Assembly: GCA_002717245.1 (NCBI GenBank)
Contig: PBCY01000020.1
Span: 13,482-71,085, forward strand
From: Pelagibacteraceae bacterium
Lineage (GTDB): Bacteria > Pseudomonadota > Alphaproteobacteria > GCA-002720895
Direction: 5' to 3'
Length of the DNA: 57,604 bases
The notes under the pieces are model-generated. The model did no database searches and was not told the origin of the DNA. It saw nothing but the letters and a program-made list of their open reading frames with translations. Shown here piece by piece: positions 1 to 8,844 of this stretch. The position numbers were made by a program, and so were the translations under genes. How positions within the stretch are numbered: the first letter of the stretch is position 1; every line of letters begins with the position of its first letter.

Positions 1-347
1 ATCCCTTTTAAAGTACCCCCTTCGGCACTGTCTTTTGTTTTTTTTTCAACAGATTTTTCTTGAGGCAAAACTTTTTTTACATCAATTTTTTTTTTAATTT
101 TTTTTTTAGCTTTTTTTTTAAGTTCTTTAATTTCAGGTATTTGTTTTTTTATAATTTTTTCTTTTTTAATAGATTCTTTAGGTGCCTCTTCGATATTTCC
201 AATAGCAGATAAGGTTATTGTAATTCGCTCTTCTTTTTTAAAAAGATTAATGTCAAAATCATTAAGAAAAAAAACAATGTAAACATGTAATAAAATTGAT
301 AAAAAGAAAGCAAAATTTAACGTCCAAATACTTGTTTTTTTTTCCAT
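1..347 (-). CDS. tonB: TonB-family energy transducer, N-terminal part (runs off window start)
   Basis: Not in ORF track. Read manually from ATG at 347: MEKKTSIWTLNFAFFLSILLHVYIVFF, a TM anchor with the S-x3-H motif, then a Lys-rich spacer open to position 1. Directly follows exbB-exbD-exbD. Confidence 0.8.
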   Translation of the reverse strand, partial: MEKKTSIWTLNFAFFLSILLHVYIVFFLNDFDINLFKKEERITITLSAIGNIEEAPKESIKKEKIIKKQIPEIKELKKKAKKKIKKKIDVKKVLPQEKSVEKKTKDSAEGGTLKG

Positions 348-348
348 T

Positions 349-744
349 TTATTTTTTTACGTAATTAGTTTCTACCACTACTTTTTTTATTTTTTCAGTT
401 TCTAATATTTTTAAAACTTTTAAAAAGTATTCTGAAGGTGTTTCAGCATCTATTTTTAAAGATATTTCGCTTGGTTTTCTTGCTCTAATAATTTCTAAAT
501 AGTTACTCTTTTTTAGTTCTTTTTTTCTATTTTGACTGTCGATAAAAACTTCTCCATTTTTTTTTACAATAATTGTTAAAAAAGGCGTTAAAGGATCATT
601 TTTAATTATAGATTCTGGTATATTAATTTTATGTGGGTCAATTTTAGTTATTGTTCCTGCTAACATAAAAAAAATTAACATTAAAAAAATAATGTTAATT
701 AGTGGAATCAAATTGATTTGTTTAATTTTTTTTTTTGTAGACAT
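349..744 (-). CDS. exbD: ExbD/TolR family protein (Asn at the conserved TM Asp position)
   Basis: INLIPLINIIFLMLIFFML TM motif; C-terminal LKIDAETP. Confidence 0.88.
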   Translation of the reverse strand: MSTKKKIKQINLIPLINIIFLMLIFFMLAGTITKIDPHKINIPESIIKNDPLTPFLTIIVKKNGEVFIDSQNRKKELKKSNYLEIIRARKPSEISLKIDAETPSEYFLKVLKILETEKIKKVVVETNYVKK

Positions 745-746
745 TA

Positions 747-1154
747 TTATATATTTACCAATTTAATATTATCTGTACCAGCAAGCCTAACTTCTTCTAT
801 AAGTCTTATTACATTTTGTACAGGAATTTTTTTATGACTTTTAATTAAAATAGTTTTTTTTGAATCGTTTTTAATACTATTAATTATTTTTCCTCTAATA
901 TTATCAATATCAATTTTTTTATTATTTAAATAAATAAAACCTTTTTCATTTAAAATTATTACAATTGTATTTTTTTTACTTTCTATCTGTATAGACTCAC
1001 TGCTATCTAAATTAACTTCTATTGTGCTTTTTTGAATAAATGAGGTTGCTAGCATAAAAAAAACAAGTAAAAGAAAAACTATATCAATTAAAGGAGTAAT
1101 ATTAATTGATATTAATTCCTTTTCTTCTTTTTGATAAAAATTATGGGTTTTCAA
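747..1154 (-). CDS. exbD: ExbD/TolR family protein (canonical Asp)
   Basis: INITPLIDIVFLLLVFFML motif; TTG start. Confidence 0.92.
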   Translation of the reverse strand: MKTHNFYQKEEKELISINITPLIDIVFLLLVFFMLATSFIQKSTIEVNLDSSESIQIESKKNTIVIILNEKGFIYLNNKKIDIDNIRGKIINSIKNDSKKTILIKSHKKIPVQNVIRLIEEVRLAGTDNIKLVNI

Positions 1155-1157
1155 TTT

Positions 1158-1814
1158 TTATTTTTTAAAATTTAGCAGAGTATTAGTTCTTACAACGGTA
1201 TCATTTATTTTATCTCTTGTATTACTAATTTTATTTTCGAAAAGATGATACGCAGCTAAAGCTGGTATAGCAATTGCAAGTCCAAATGCAGTTGTTAAAA
1301 GAGCTTCCCATATTCCCCCAGCTAGTAATGCTGGATCTATTTGTGAACCAGCTTTTTCTAAATTTAGGAAAGCTTTTATCATTCCAAGAACAGTTCCGAA
1401 TAAACCTAAAAGTGGGCTAATACTTGCTACAACTTCCAACCCTCCAAGGTAATTTTCTAAATTTCTTATTTCTTGAGAAATGATTCTTGAAATTTCAGCT
1501 TCTCTTGATTCTTTATCAAATCTTCTATCATTTTTTGTAATAATAACTACTTCTATAATTCTTGCTAAAGGGTTTTTAATTTTTTGTATATCGGTTAAAA
1601 GTTTTTTCGCATTACTACCATTTAATTTAGTTAAAATTTCTTCAATTTTATTTGTTCTTGATAAAGCCGCAGCAAAAAATTGTATTAATTTAATGAAAAT
1701 TATTGCAAAAGCAAATATAGAAAAGCCAAGCAAAATAAACATTACAGGACCTCCCTTTGCTAAAAGATCTAAATTGTTTAGGTTATCTAAATTTATGAAT
1801 TCTAATATATCCAT
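1158..1814 (-). CDS. exbB: MotA/TolQ/ExbB proton channel protein
   Basis: SPLLGLFGTVLGMI and GGIWEALLTTAFGLAIAIPA motifs. Confidence 0.93.
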   Translation of the reverse strand: MDILEFINLDNLNNLDLLAKGGPVMFILLGFSIFAFAIIFIKLIQFFAAALSRTNKIEEILTKLNGSNAKKLLTDIQKIKNPLARIIEVVIITKNDRRFDKESREAEISRIISQEIRNLENYLGGLEVVASISPLLGLFGTVLGMIKAFLNLEKAGSQIDPALLAGGIWEALLTTAFGLAIAIPALAAYHLFENKISNTRDKINDTVVRTNTLLNFKK

Positions 1815-1842
1815 TAATAAAAATAATAATTAAACCATTACC

Positions 1843-2121
1843 TTATTTCATACAATCTTCAATCATCTTTGATCTACTTTTAGATAGTTTTATTTCATCA
1901 ATCTCATTTTCGATATTATAAAAGTCAATCATTGTATCATCAGTTTGAAGCATTTCATTTCTATCTTGATTGATATTTAACTTTGTTTCAATATTACGAT
2001 TAGCATCTTTAAGACAAATTTTATATTTTTTACTTTGTTGATTATATTGCAAAGTATTAAAATTTTGTCCGCATGATACAATTAAAAAAGATAAAGATAT
2101 AATAAAAATACTTTTTTTCAT
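1843..2121 (-). CDS. Hypothetical small lipoprotein
   Basis: Signal peptide with lipobox IVSC; co-oriented upstream of exbB. Confidence 0.7.
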   Translation of the reverse strand: MKKSIFIISLSFLIVSCGQNFNTLQYNQQSKKYKICLKDANRNIETKLNINQDRNEMLQTDDTMIDFYNIENEIDEIKLSKSRSKMIEDCMK

Positions 2122-2206
2122 AGGGTTTGTGTTGTTTAAAAATTAATTAAATATAATATTACATTAATTTTAAAAAAATAGTTTTAATAATTTTCTTTTT
2201 CTATTA

Positions 2207-2626
2207 ATGGTAAAAAAAACATATTTTAACAATTTAAAGGTAAATCAATCTTATACAGAAAGTATAAAAGTTACAGAAACTATCATTAAAAGATTTGCCA
2301 GTGCTTCAAAAGATAAAAATCCAATACATTTAAATGAAAAATTTGCAAAAAAAACAATTTTTAAAACTAGAATTGCACATGGTATGTTAATAGCTTCATT
2401 TATTTCTTCGGTTATCGGAAATAAATTCCCAGGCCAAGGTACAATATATGTCTCTCAAAATTTAGAATTTAAACGACCAGTTAAAATTAACGATATTGTT
2501 AAAATTAAAGTGGTTTTAGAAAAAAAAATAGAAAAAAAAAGATGGTGTCAACTTAAAACAATCTGTTTTGTAAAAAATAAAATTGTTTTAGAGGGAATAG
2601 CTGTTGTTATACCTCCTAACAAATAG
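2207..2626 (+). CDS. MaoC-family (R)-specific enoyl-CoA hydratase/dehydratase
   Basis: D-x-N-P-I-H and IAHGML hotdog motifs; usual position before ribF. Confidence 0.9.
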   Translation: MVKKTYFNNLKVNQSYTESIKVTETIIKRFASASKDKNPIHLNEKFAKKTIFKTRIAHGMLIASFISSVIGNKFPGQGTIYVSQNLEFKRPVKINDIVKIKVVLEKKIEKKRWCQLKTICFVKNKIVLEGIAVVIPPNK

Positions 2627-2636
2627 ATAAACTGAT

Positions 2637-3563
2637 ATGAAAGTCCTAAATGGATATTCAAAAATAAAAAAAGATACTGTTTTAACAATTGGAAATTTTG
2701 ATGGAGTTCATAAAGGACATAAAAAAATTATTAAACAAACGGTTCAGCTTTCAAAAAAAAATAATTTAAAATCTGTTGTTGTAACCTTTAATCCGCATCC
2801 AATAGAGTTTTTTAAAAAAAATCACGAACCATTTAAATTAACAAATAATATAACTAAAATTGATGAAATTAAAAAATTAGGAGTTGATTATATAGTTTTT
2901 TTAAAATTTAATAGAAAGCTAAACAAATTACCACCTGAGGACTTTATAAAGAAACTTATAAAATTTAAGCCAAAATTTATTGTAGTTGGATATAATTTTC
3001 ACTTTGGATATAAAAGAAAAGGAAATACAAGTTTATTAAGAAAATTTGCATTAAAATACTGCTACTCACTTAAAGTCGTTAAACCAATTGTAAATAAAAA
3101 TAAAAAAGTATTTAATTCCACATTTATTAGAAAAAAATTAAAATATGGAGAATATAATGTTGCAAAAGAAATGTTAGGACGAAATTGGCTAATAGAAGGT
3201 ACAATTATTAAGGGTAGCGGTAGAGGACAAAAAATAGGTTATAGAACAGCAAATTTTCTATTAAAAGACTACATTGTGCCAATGAAAGGTGTGTATTTAA
3301 CACAAAGTTATTTTGAAAAAAATAAAAAAAAAAAATATTTTGGATTAGCAAATATAGGAACTAGACCAACATTTAAAGGAAAAAAAATTTTTTTTGAAAA
3401 TCATTTTTTTAACTCTAAAAAATTTTTGTATGGAAAAAAAATATTTGTTGAATTATTAGAGTTTTTACGTAAAGAAAAGAAATTTGCTAATATTATTAAA
3501 TTGAAAGAACAAATAGAAAAAGATATTTTACTTGCAAAAAAAATTATAAAAGGAAATAAATGA
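2637..3563 (+). CDS. ribF: Bifunctional riboflavin kinase/FAD synthetase
   Basis: IGNFDGVHKGH, TAN and NIGTRPT motifs; ribF-ileS-lspA order. Confidence 0.96.
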   Translation: MKVLNGYSKIKKDTVLTIGNFDGVHKGHKKIIKQTVQLSKKNNLKSVVVTFNPHPIEFFKKNHEPFKLTNNITKIDEIKKLGVDYIVFLKFNRKLNKLPPEDFIKKLIKFKPKFIVVGYNFHFGYKRKGNTSLLRKFALKYCYSLKVVKPIVNKNKKVFNSTFIRKKLKYGEYNVAKEMLGRNWLIEGTIIKGSGRGQKIGYRTANFLLKDYIVPMKGVYLTQSYFEKNKKKKYFGLANIGTRPTFKGKKIFFENHFFNSKKFLYGKKIFVELLEFLRKEKKFANIIKLKEQIEKDILLAKKIIKGNK

Positions 3564-6331
3564 ATTATAAAGATACGCTATTTTTACCTGAAACAGAGTT
3601 TAGTATGAAGGCTAGCTTGCCAACTAATGAACCTAAGATTTTACAAAAATGGAAAAAAGAAAATCTTTATGAGAAGTTAAGAAAGAAACTAAAAAAAAAT
3701 AAAAAATTTACTTTACATGACGGACCACCTTATGCAAATGGACATTTGCACATGGGTCATGCGTTAAATAAAATTCTGAAAGATATAATTGTTAGATCAA
3801 AACAAATGCAGGGTTTAGACGCAGCTTTTGTTCCAGGATGGGATTGCCATGGCTTGCCTATTGAATGGGAAGTCGAACAGGAAATAAGAAAAAAAGGAGA
3901 AAATAAAAAAAAAACTTCAATTAAAGAATTTAGAAACAAATGCAGAGTGTTTGCAGAAAACTGGATAAAAGTTCAAAAAGAAGAATTTGAACGTTTTGGA
4001 GTTTTAGGCGATTGGAATAATTTTTATTCAACTATGTCGTATAAAGCTGAGGCGCAAATAGTTAGAGAATTAGGAAAATTTTTATTAAATGGGTCTTTAT
4101 ACAGAGGGTCTAGACCAGTAATGTGGTCAGTGGTTGAAAAAACAGCTTTAGCTGATGCAGAAGTTGAATATAAAGATAAAACCGATAATGCTATTTATGT
4201 TTTATTTCCAATTGATAAAACAAATCTAAAAATTAAAAATATAGAAAATACAAATATTTTAATTTGGACAACAACTCCATGGACCATACCAGGAAATAGA
4301 GCTTTAGCTTTTAATAAAAATTTTTCATATAGTTTAGTAAATGAAAAAAAATCTAATAATAAGTTTATAGTTGCAAGTGATTTAATTGATAAATTAAAAA
4401 AAGAAACTGAACTAGAAATCGAAGAAATTGAAAAATTTTCTGGCATTGAACTTGAAAAAACTATATGCAAACACCCTTTGCATGGCGACGGTTACAAATT
4501 TCAAGTACCTTTATTAGCTGCAGAATTCGTTACAAAAGAAGAAGGAACGGGAATTGTTCATATAGCACCTGGACACGGTATTGATGATTTTAATCTTGCA
4601 AAAAAAAATAATATATCAGTCCCAAAAACTGTAGATGAAAGGGGAATTTATTATAATGATGTTCCTTTATTAAACGGAACACATGTTTTTAAAGCTGATG
4701 ATAAGGTTATAGAATTATTAAGTAAAAATAAGAAACTTCTTTATAAAACAAACATTTTTCATAGTTACCCCCATTCATGGAGATCTAAAAAACCTTTAAT
4801 ATACAGAAATACAACTCAGTGGTTTATTTCTTTAGAAAAAAAAAAATTAAGAGAAAAAGCTTTAGAAGCTCTTAAAAATATAAAATTTTTTCCTGAGAAA
4901 GGAAAAAATAGAATTACTTCAATGATAAAAGATAGGCCTGATTGGTGTATTTCCAGGCAAAGATTTTGGGGAGTACCAATTCCAATATTTGTAAATAAAA
5001 AAACAAACGAACCATTAATTGACGAAAATATAATAGAAAATGTTGCAAAAATTTTCGAAAAAAAAGGGAGCGACTCATGGTTTGAATTAGATAATAGCGA
5101 GTTTCTTGGTAATAAATATGATAAAAATAATTTTGATAAAATTAATGATGTTATAGAAGTTTGGTTTGATAGTGGATCAAGTCATTCATATGTGCTAGAG
5201 AAGAGAAAAGATTTAGAATGGCCAGCAGATTTATATTTAGAAGGGTCTGATCAGCATAGAGGTTGGTTTCATTCATCTTTATTAGAATCTTGTGGAACAA
5301 GGAATAAAGCTCCTTATAAAAGTATTTTATCTCATGGATTTGTTGTTGACGGAAAAGGAAAAAAAATGTCGAAATCTGAAGGTAATGTGTTTTCCCCTAA
5401 AGAAATTATAAATAAATATGGAACAGATATCTTGAGATTATGGACTGTTGCCTCAGACTATTTTGAAGATATTAAAATTGATGAGAATATAATTAAATCA
5501 CAAGTTGATTCATATAGAAGAATTAGAAATACATTTCGCTTTTTAATTGGAAATCTTAGAGACTATAAGGAAACAGAAAAAATAAGTTATGAAGATCTTC
5601 CTGATATAGAAAAATATATATTATTTAGAATATGGGAAATTGATGAAATAATAGAAAAATCTATCAAAGAAAATAATTATCATAAAATATATAAAGTATT
5701 ACTTGTTTTTTGTTCAAATGATTTATCTTCATTCTATTTTGATATTAGAAAAGATTGTTTATATTGCGATGATTATAAAAGTAAAAAAAGAAAAGCTTGT
5801 AGATATACTTTAAAAATAATTTTTGATTTTTTAACTGCTTGGTTTGCACCAATATTATGCTTTACTGCAGAAGAAGCATGGCTTTCTAATAATTTTAATA
5901 ATAAAGAAAGTGTGCATTTAAGACTATTTCCTAAAGCTGAAAAAAATTGGGGAAAAAAAGATATAGGAAATAAATGGAAGGCAATAATTAGTTTAAGAAA
6001 AGTTGTTACAAGTGCAATTGAAATTCAAAGAGAAAAAAAAATCATTGGTTCCAGTTTAGAAGCATCAACTGAGTTAAAAGTTTCAGAAAAAATAAATAAA
6101 TATTTGAATGATATTAACTTAAATGATCTTTTAATAGTTTCTTCAGCAAAAATAGTAAACAAATTATCTGGAGAAACCTTTACTTTAGAAGATGTAAAAG
6201 ATATACATGTAAAAATAAAAAAAGCGGATGGAGAAAAATGTGAAAGATGTTGGGTTATATCTCCTGATGTTAAAAATAATCAAAATTTGTGTAATAGATG
6301 TAAAAAAGTAGTTCAAAATGAGCAAGATTAA
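3560..6331 (+). CDS. ileS: Isoleucine--tRNA ligase (type 1)
   Basis: LHDGPPYANG-HMGH, WTTTPWT, WCISRQR, KMSKS, C-terminal CERC..CNRC zinc finger. Confidence 0.98.
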   Translation: MNYKDTLFLPETEFSMKASLPTNEPKILQKWKKENLYEKLRKKLKKNKKFTLHDGPPYANGHLHMGHALNKILKDIIVRSKQMQGLDAAFVPGWDCHGLPIEWEVEQEIRKKGENKKKTSIKEFRNKCRVFAENWIKVQKEEFERFGVLGDWNNFYSTMSYKAEAQIVRELGKFLLNGSLYRGSRPVMWSVVEKTALADAEVEYKDKTDNAIYVLFPIDKTNLKIKNIENTNILIWTTTPWTIPGNRALAFNKNFSYSLVNEKKSNNKFIVASDLIDKLKKETELEIEEIEKFSGIELEKTICKHPLHGDGYKFQVPLLAAEFVTKEEGTGIVHIAPGHGIDDFNLAKKNNISVPKTVDERGIYYNDVPLLNGTHVFKADDKVIELLSKNKKLLYKTNIFHSYPHSWRSKKPLIYRNTTQWFISLEKKKLREKALEALKNIKFFPEKGKNRITSMIKDRPDWCISRQRFWGVPIPIFVNKKTNEPLIDENIIENVAKIFEKKGSDSWFELDNSEFLGNKYDKNNFDKINDVIEVWFDSGSSHSYVLEKRKDLEWPADLYLEGSDQHRGWFHSSLLESCGTRNKAPYKSILSHGFVVDGKGKKMSKSEGNVFSPKEIINKYGTDILRLWTVASDYFEDIKIDENIIKSQVDSYRRIRNTFRFLIGNLRDYKETEKISYEDLPDIEKYILFRIWEIDEIIEKSIKENNYHKIYKVLLVFCSNDLSSFYFDIRKDCLYCDDYKSKKRKACRYTLKIIFDFLTAWFAPILCFTAEEAWLSNNFNNKESVHLRLFPKAEKNWGKKDIGNKWKAIISLRKVVTSAIEIQREKKIIGSSLEASTELKVSEKINKYLNDINLNDLLIVSSAKIVNKLSGETFTLEDVKDIHVKIKKADGEKCERCWVISPDVKNNQNLCNRCKKVVQNEQD

Positions 6332-6794
6332 AATATTATTTTTTATATTAATACCTGTTTTTGTTTTTTTTGATCAACTGAGCAAAAGATGGGCATTAGA
6401 AAATGTTTTCAAACCAAATACAGTCATAGAAATTAATGAATATTTAAATTTTGTTCCAGTGTGGAATGAAGGAATTACTTTTGGTTTATTATCAAATATC
6501 GTAAATATAAATTTTTTCATGATCATAATAACCACAATTATCATCTTGTTTCTTTTTTTATGGTTTATAAAAACAAAAAAAATAAACTTAAATATTTCTT
6601 TAACATTTATAATTTCAGGAGCATTAGGAAATCTTTTTGATCGGTTCAATCACCAAGCTGTAGTTGATTTTATAGATATTCATATTGGGAAATACCATTG
6701 GCCAGCATTCAATTTAGCAGATAGTTGTATAACAATAGGCGCATTTATATATATTTTTATTATTTTTACTAGCCAAAAAGATAATATTGCTTAA
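6318..6794 (+). CDS. lspA: Lipoprotein signal peptidase II
   Basis: DQLSK, GALGNLFDR, VVDFI, WPAFNLAD motifs. Confidence 0.97.
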   Translation: MSKIKILFFILIPVFVFFDQLSKRWALENVFKPNTVIEINEYLNFVPVWNEGITFGLLSNIVNINFFMIIITTIIILFLFLWFIKTKKINLNISLTFIISGALGNLFDRFNHQAVVDFIDIHIGKYHWPAFNLADSCITIGAFIYIFIIFTSQKDNIA

Positions 6795-6805
6795 GTTTAT
6801 AAGTA

Positions 6806-7468
6806 ATGAGATATTTAAAAAAATTTTATTTTATCGTAATTTCAGTAATTTTACTTTCTTCTTGCGGATTAGTAGGAGGAGGAGATGAAGTAGAAGTAAG
6901 CGAAAATTCTGTTTTATCTGGCCCGCCTCTCGCAATTCCACCAGAGTTTGATATTGATGGACAAAATGCACAGCAACAATCGTCACCTAATTATGATCTA
7001 CAAAATTCAAATGAATTAGAAGAAACTGAAAATTTTGAGAATATACCAACATACCAAGAAAATGAAAATGAAGATGTTTATTTTGAAAATGTTCCAAATG
7101 TTGCAAACATTGATAATGATGTACAAAGTAATGATGTACAAAGTTTTGAAAATTACAATCCAAACTTAAACCAAGTCTCAAAACAGACACAAGTTAATAA
7201 TAATGTTAGAGTACAAAGAGTTAATAGGTCATCTGTTCCTTCGGATGCTTATAATTTTGGAAAAGTCATAACAAATAAAAGAAAAACTTATGCGCAAAAA
7301 AAAGAAAGTTTTTCAGGTTTTGGAGTGCAAAATTTTGAGCAAACACAAGGTATAGGAAATAATAATAATTTATCAAAAGAAGAAGAATTTTTGTTAGAAG
7401 ATCTTATTAATCAACAAAATACGATATCTGAACCCGATGAATTTGATACTAGGGGAGACTCTGAATAA
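6806..7468 (+). CDS. Lipoprotein, DUF3035-like N-terminus with acidic low-complexity tail
   Basis: Lipobox LSSC; PPLAIPPEF motif; position between lspA and M16 peptidases. Confidence 0.7.
   Translation: MRYLKKFYFIVISVILLSSCGLVGGGDEVEVSENSVLSGPPLAIPPEFDIDGQNAQQQSSPNYDLQNSNELEETENFENIPTYQENENEDVYFENVPNVANIDNDVQSNDVQSFENYNPNLNQVSKQTQVNNNVRVQRVNRSSVPSDAYNFGKVITNKRKTYAQKKESFSGFGVQNFEQTQGIGNNNNLSKEEEFLLEDLINQQNTISEPDEFDTRGDSE
7115..7144 (+). repeat. Perfect 15-bp tandem duplication (AATGATGTACAAAGT x2, NDVQS x2), in frame
   Basis: Read directly: 7115-7129 is identical to 7130-7144. Confidence 0.9.
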
Positions 7469-7527
7469 ATCTTTTTTTTTTTTAAAAAAAAATTAACTTA
7501 TTATTCAATCTTTTTATATTTTTAAAA

Positions 7528-8841
7528 ATGAGAATTTTTTTATTATTGATAATATTCTTTTTTTCAAAGCAGGTTTCTGCTGAATTTAACCCTAAAACTT
7601 ACACTTTAAAAAATGGATTAGAAATTGTTGTACTGGAGAATCATAAAGTACCTGCAATAGCTCATTCTATTTGGTACAAAGTTGGTTCAGCTGATGAACC
7701 AAATGGTAAGTCTGGTATAGCTCATTTTTTAGAGCATCTTTTATTTAAGGGAACTGAAAAATTAAAACCTGGTGAATTTTCTCAAATAATTGCAAAAAAC
7801 GGTGGAAAAGAAAATGCTTTTACAAGTAAAAATTATACTGGTTACTTTCAACTAATTCATAAATCTAAACTAGATTTAGTTATGTCTTTAGAGGCAGATA
7901 GAATGAAAAATATAAAATTAATTGAAAAAGAATTTGAAAGTGAAAAAACCGTTGTATTAGAAGAAAGATATTCAAGAGTAGATAACAATCCATCTGCTTT
8001 ACTTTCAGAGCAGATTAATGCTTCTTTATTTATGAATCATCCATATCGAAAACCAATTATAGGATGGGAGCATGAAATAAAAACTCTAAGCTTGAAGGAT
8101 GTTATGAGCTTTTATAAAAAATATTATGCACCTAATAATGCTATTATTGTTATTTGTGGCGATGTCTACTTAAAAGATGTTGTTAAAGTTGCAAAAAAAC
8201 ATTTTGGATCAATTAAACCATCAAAAATTGAAGAGAGATTATGGACAAAAGAACCAACACAACATGCCCCGAGAGCAGTTTTTTTAAAATCTGAAAATAC
8301 CGCTATACCAGTTTTTAAAAGATATTATTTAGCTCCAACTTATACTAAATCAAAAAAAGAATCTATTGCTTTAGAGGTTTTCACTGAAATCTTTGGCAAT
8401 CCCTCAACAGGAATGTTGTTTGAAGAATTTGTGAAAAATAAGAAAATAGCAACTAGTGCATCTGCTTATTATTATCCAGATGGTTTCGGTGAAACTAGTT
8501 TTACTATAAGTATTGTCCCAAAAAAGGGAATTACTTTAAATAAGATAGAATCCGAATTAAACAGATATCTAAAAGAAATTAAAAAAAATTCTATTAGTGA
8601 TATTGAATTAAAAAGTACTAAGAAAAGATTGGTTAATGAAACTATTTTTGCACAAGATAGTTTATATATGGGTATGAGAATATTTGGATCGTCACTGTCT
8701 ACGGGATATTCTTTAAAAGATATAATTAATTGGCCTAATGATATCCAAAAAGTTTCTCAAAAAGATTTACAAAATATTTTTTTAAGTTTTTTTGATTTAA
8801 ATAAGTCGGTTACAGGACTTTTATTGCCGAAGGATAAATAA
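7528..8841 (+). CDS. M16B (pitrilysin-family) zinc peptidase, catalytic subunit
   Basis: HFLEH (HxxEH), NAFT, EER; signal peptide. Confidence 0.93.
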   Translation: MRIFLLLIIFFFSKQVSAEFNPKTYTLKNGLEIVVLENHKVPAIAHSIWYKVGSADEPNGKSGIAHFLEHLLFKGTEKLKPGEFSQIIAKNGGKENAFTSKNYTGYFQLIHKSKLDLVMSLEADRMKNIKLIEKEFESEKTVVLEERYSRVDNNPSALLSEQINASLFMNHPYRKPIIGWEHEIKTLSLKDVMSFYKKYYAPNNAIIVICGDVYLKDVVKVAKKHFGSIKPSKIEERLWTKEPTQHAPRAVFLKSENTAIPVFKRYYLAPTYTKSKKESIALEVFTEIFGNPSTGMLFEEFVKNKKIATSASAYYYPDGFGETSFTISIVPKKGITLNKIESELNRYLKEIKKNSISDIELKSTKKRLVNETIFAQDSLYMGMRIFGSSLSTGYSLKDIINWPNDIQKVSQKDLQNIFLSFFDLNKSVTGLLLPKDK

Positions 8842-8844
8842 TAT

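Noticed and set aside
7472-7492. T12-A9 dyad after the lipoprotein gene as a terminator
   Set aside because: It is A/T only with no stable stem, and is expected by chance in this composition.
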